A stretch of DNA of 64,000 nt from the NCBI GenBank assembly GCA_051530055.1, contig CM121343.1:2884389-2948388 (forward strand), read 5' to 3'. Source of the DNA: Neoechinorhynchus agilis. Taxonomy: Eukaryota > Animalia > Acanthocephala. The position numbers were made by a program, and so were the translations under genes. How positions within the stretch are numbered: position 1 is the first letter of the stretch; every line of letters begins with the position of its first letter. The notes under the pieces are model-generated. The model did not search any database. It was not told the origin of the DNA and saw only the letters and a list, made by a program, of their open reading frames with translations. This document shows, piece after piece, positions 61,196 through 64,000 of this stretch.

Positions 61196-62334
61196 TTGCG
61201 GCATTTTAAATCGTGTAATCGCCACTGTTAATTTGGACAATGCCAGCTCGACGGTCGATTCTATCAAGCCACAAATGTGGACGATTCGCGCGAGGGAGCG
61301 GCATGCTCATAAGATGAACGCAATTTGAAGTTTGCGATAATTTGTTATGAAAATCTTAACAATTACTTGTGGCGCACGGTTTATATTTTTTACGCTGCTT
61401 TGAACTTTATTAAATGCCTTTAAATTTAATTACTTTTTAGTGACTGGATTCGAGCAATCAAAATGCATTTTGCGTAAATACATTTGCACCCGAATTTCTT
61501 GAATATTCATTAAAATCTCAATTTTTCGGTTATTTAAAAAGTAGCACAATTATAAATATCAAATTTCTTATTTAGTCTCAGAGGAGCGGATAAAATCTTA
61601 CTTTTGATTGGTGAACATTTTTTCGTCCAATTATACTTTTAAAAACCCGTTCTAAAGAACAATTGACTTACATTCTCTTGTTGGTAGAGAATTGTTCTCT
61701 AATTTGTTTTTATAACATCGAATTTTTATTTACTTGGTAATTGGCCAAACAATAAATGTTGTATACATTTAGGTCTAATGCGTTATCGGATCGAAAGCGT
61801 TGTTAATTCATTTCTTATCTTTTTTTCTTTGCGACACATCATTTGGCTAGTAATCCAATCAGCATTTTTGTCATTTTTACTTTTATTCAGCACCGAAATA
61901 CCCTTAAAATTCTGGATTTTTCAGTCTGACCGAGCCCAACTACGAGTTATCGCCGATCAGAATAAACATCAAACTTTAAAAAATTAACAAATATCAGCTA
62001 AACTGATGATGTGGGCGCTTAACAACAATCCCAGAGACGATCTCGTTAATTCATCGGTATGAAATAGTCCTATTTTATCCGGATGGAGTTTATTACCTTG
62101 TACGTGTCCTACCAAACAGGGTTTCCTTCCGTTTTTAATTAATCTTGCATATCATATCGGCATTTTTTGCTTAAATGATTTATTTAAAAACATGACTTTA
62201 CAGTGCAAACTTTATTATTTTAAGATTTCAAGAAAAGATTGCGATTTGCCTAGCAATCCTTTTTTTCATAACCTGCATATTTTAAAACAAAGCCCAAAAT
62301 TAACATAGAAGAGATTGATTTTAAATATGAATGG

Positions 62335-62537
62335 AATTGATATTTGACGTTAAAGAATTAGAGATTGATTTAATTAATTTTCGGCCTGAGCGTAGGCCTT
62401 CTTCAGATATTGTTTGCAAGTGTTTACGATGTCGATCTAACGTCGTAAACACTTGCAAAAAATATCTGAAGAAGGCCCACGCTAAGACCGAAAATTAATT
62501 AAATTAATCTATAATTCTTCAACGCCAAATATCAATT
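62335..62537. repeat. Near-perfect ~200-bp palindrome (foldback/MITE-like)
   Basis: ~95-bp arms AATTGATATTTGACG...TTGCAAGTGTTTACGATG / CGTCGTAAACACTTGCAA...CAAATATCAATT. Confidence 0.9.
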
Positions 62538-63339
62538 TAACAATGGCAAATATATATTCAATATTAATGGAATACAAGCGGATTTTTGGCTGGAATAAAA
62601 TTTGCAGAATTTCGAGGAATCCTTGAGCAATTTGGATAGGTGAGGAAGTGATTCATTGGTTTTTGGTACTGAAATTGACTACTAACGCCTTTATGAACTT
62701 GTTTGATCCGATTCTTATAATTGTTATTAACTAAATAGTCGATTCTTTAAAAAAAAGTCATTTATGGCCACAAAATCGATTAGGAGAGAAATATATGTTT
62801 TGTTCCATGTGTTAATTAAGCCGGTTTGTGTTTAAAGCGCATAAATTAACCACTAAGGAGATTTAATTGCAAACCATAAACAACCAATCAGAATAAAAGT
62901 TTTATTTGCCTCACATCTACCCATAGAAATGACAAGAACAACAAAAAATTTCCCAAATAGTTGTGTGTATTCCTAAATATTTTAAGATTCAAGGACAATA
63001 TTTTATAAACATTGCCTTCACTTTGTTCATTGAAACGTGATTAAATTGCAAATTTGCTTTCTTTAAGAGTTAAATCGCAATTACAAGATTTTAGCGATTA
63101 GAATAACAAGGATTTGTTTGTATCATTACGCTCAGATGAGCACATTGCATATGATTTTGTTATTAATATTTTTCAATGCAGTGTCTTTCCTCGTAATTAT
63201 ATATCCAGAAACAAATGCAAAAGAGTACGCACGAATATAATTGGCTGTGTTTGCATCTTTTAAGATTGTCTCTACTATAATAGGTTGTATCTTCGATGAC
63301 TGATGTGCCTGGTTGGCAGACGAGAAGTGATTTAGTTTC

Positions 63340-63954
63340 TTGATGTGCTCCTATCGCCAAAGTCAGCAGCATATGCTCCTAGCTCATGGCTGTTATCAGG
63401 CCTCACAAGTTCCAGCGCATCCTCTAGCTTCTGCTCCTGTATGCTTTAATTATCAGCAGCAGAAGGCGGATGATTTTAAACAACTTTTTCAGGCACAAAA
63501 ACGACGATTGGAGGAAGAGCAACCTGAAATCGGATGGAACCAACAACCGCTTAGGTGTGAGGCAACGGTCAGAGAGCGAAATAGAATGTATCATCTAAAC
63601 CAAGCATTTGATGAACTTAGAAACGCCATTCCAAAATCAAGTGCGTTCGAAAATCGTAGATTGTCCAAAATTGCAACTTTACGTCTTGCTATTCAATATA
63701 TCGGCACTTTGACACGAATCCTTCAACATTACGGAGGAGTTTGTCCGATAGATCCAAATTCAACGTCCAAAACAGCCCCGAAACGGAAGAGGACTTGCAC
63801 GGAGTCAGATAACGTGCAATTCGCATCTCAAAACTGTCCAATAGATTCCACCAGACAGTGCATCGAGGAAGCGTTCATGTGGACAGTGGATTCAAATGTT
63901 CTCATTGGAATGCCGAACCAATATCGGGTTTTTAACGGTCGTTTCACACAATAA
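63340..63954 (+). CDS. Group-A bHLH transcription factor (atonal/twist superfamily), single exon
   Basis: ATVRERNRMYHLNQAFDELRNAIP..RRLSKIATLRLAIQYIGTL. Confidence 0.9.
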   Translation: MMCSYRQSQQHMLLAHGCYQASQVPAHPLASAPVCFNYQQQKADDFKQLFQAQKRRLEEEQPEIGWNQQPLRCEATVRERNRMYHLNQAFDELRNAIPKSSAFENRRLSKIATLRLAIQYIGTLTRILQHYGGVCPIDPNSTSKTAPKRKRTCTESDNVQFASQNCPIDSTRQCIEEAFMWTVDSNVLIGMPNQYRVFNGRFTQ

Positions 63955-64000
63955 GTTGATATAAACATTTTAATTGGGTGAGTTACAAAAAGTTTAATTG

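Noticed and set aside
1-64000. rRNA, intact tRNA, SL RNA or snRNA genes
   Set aside because: No convincing cloverleaf, rRNA segment or leader-plus-Sm-site structure was recognised by eye; a covariance-model search is needed to exclude them.

Overview
AT-rich, gene-dense DNA from a compact animal genome; the species cannot be determined from this window. Host genes recognisable from their translations: kindlin/FERMT, a ubinuclein-like gene, a claudin/PMP22-like gene, SmD3, NDUFB7, V-ATPase subunit e, a casein kinase 1, CNEP1R1, a DPF/d4 gene, DNAJC19, an NDUFA4-like gene, pinin and a group-A bHLH factor. They are mixed with decayed non-LTR retrotransposons (CRE-like, R2/NeSL-like, CR1/L2-like), tandem and foldback repeats, and a nested ~23-kb inverted duplication (17.5-40.6 kb) that duplicates a 670-aa protein with five TFIIS-N-like repeats. 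Main discovery candidate: six conserved genes are each interrupted by an insertion that has no GT-AG ends, begins with TA (TAA in five), folds into a terminal stem-loop and is followed by a second TA. Five are 47-59 nt and one is 546 nt. Removing the insertion and leaving one TA restores the frame in all six and a family-like sequence (clearest in PNN and CK1). They could be a non-canonical hairpin intron class or IES-like DNA elements, and they coexist with ordinary GT-AG introns. Tight gene clusters with an AG at or near the ATG also suggest operons with SL trans-splicing. All protein assignments come from remembered family motifs; no database search was run.
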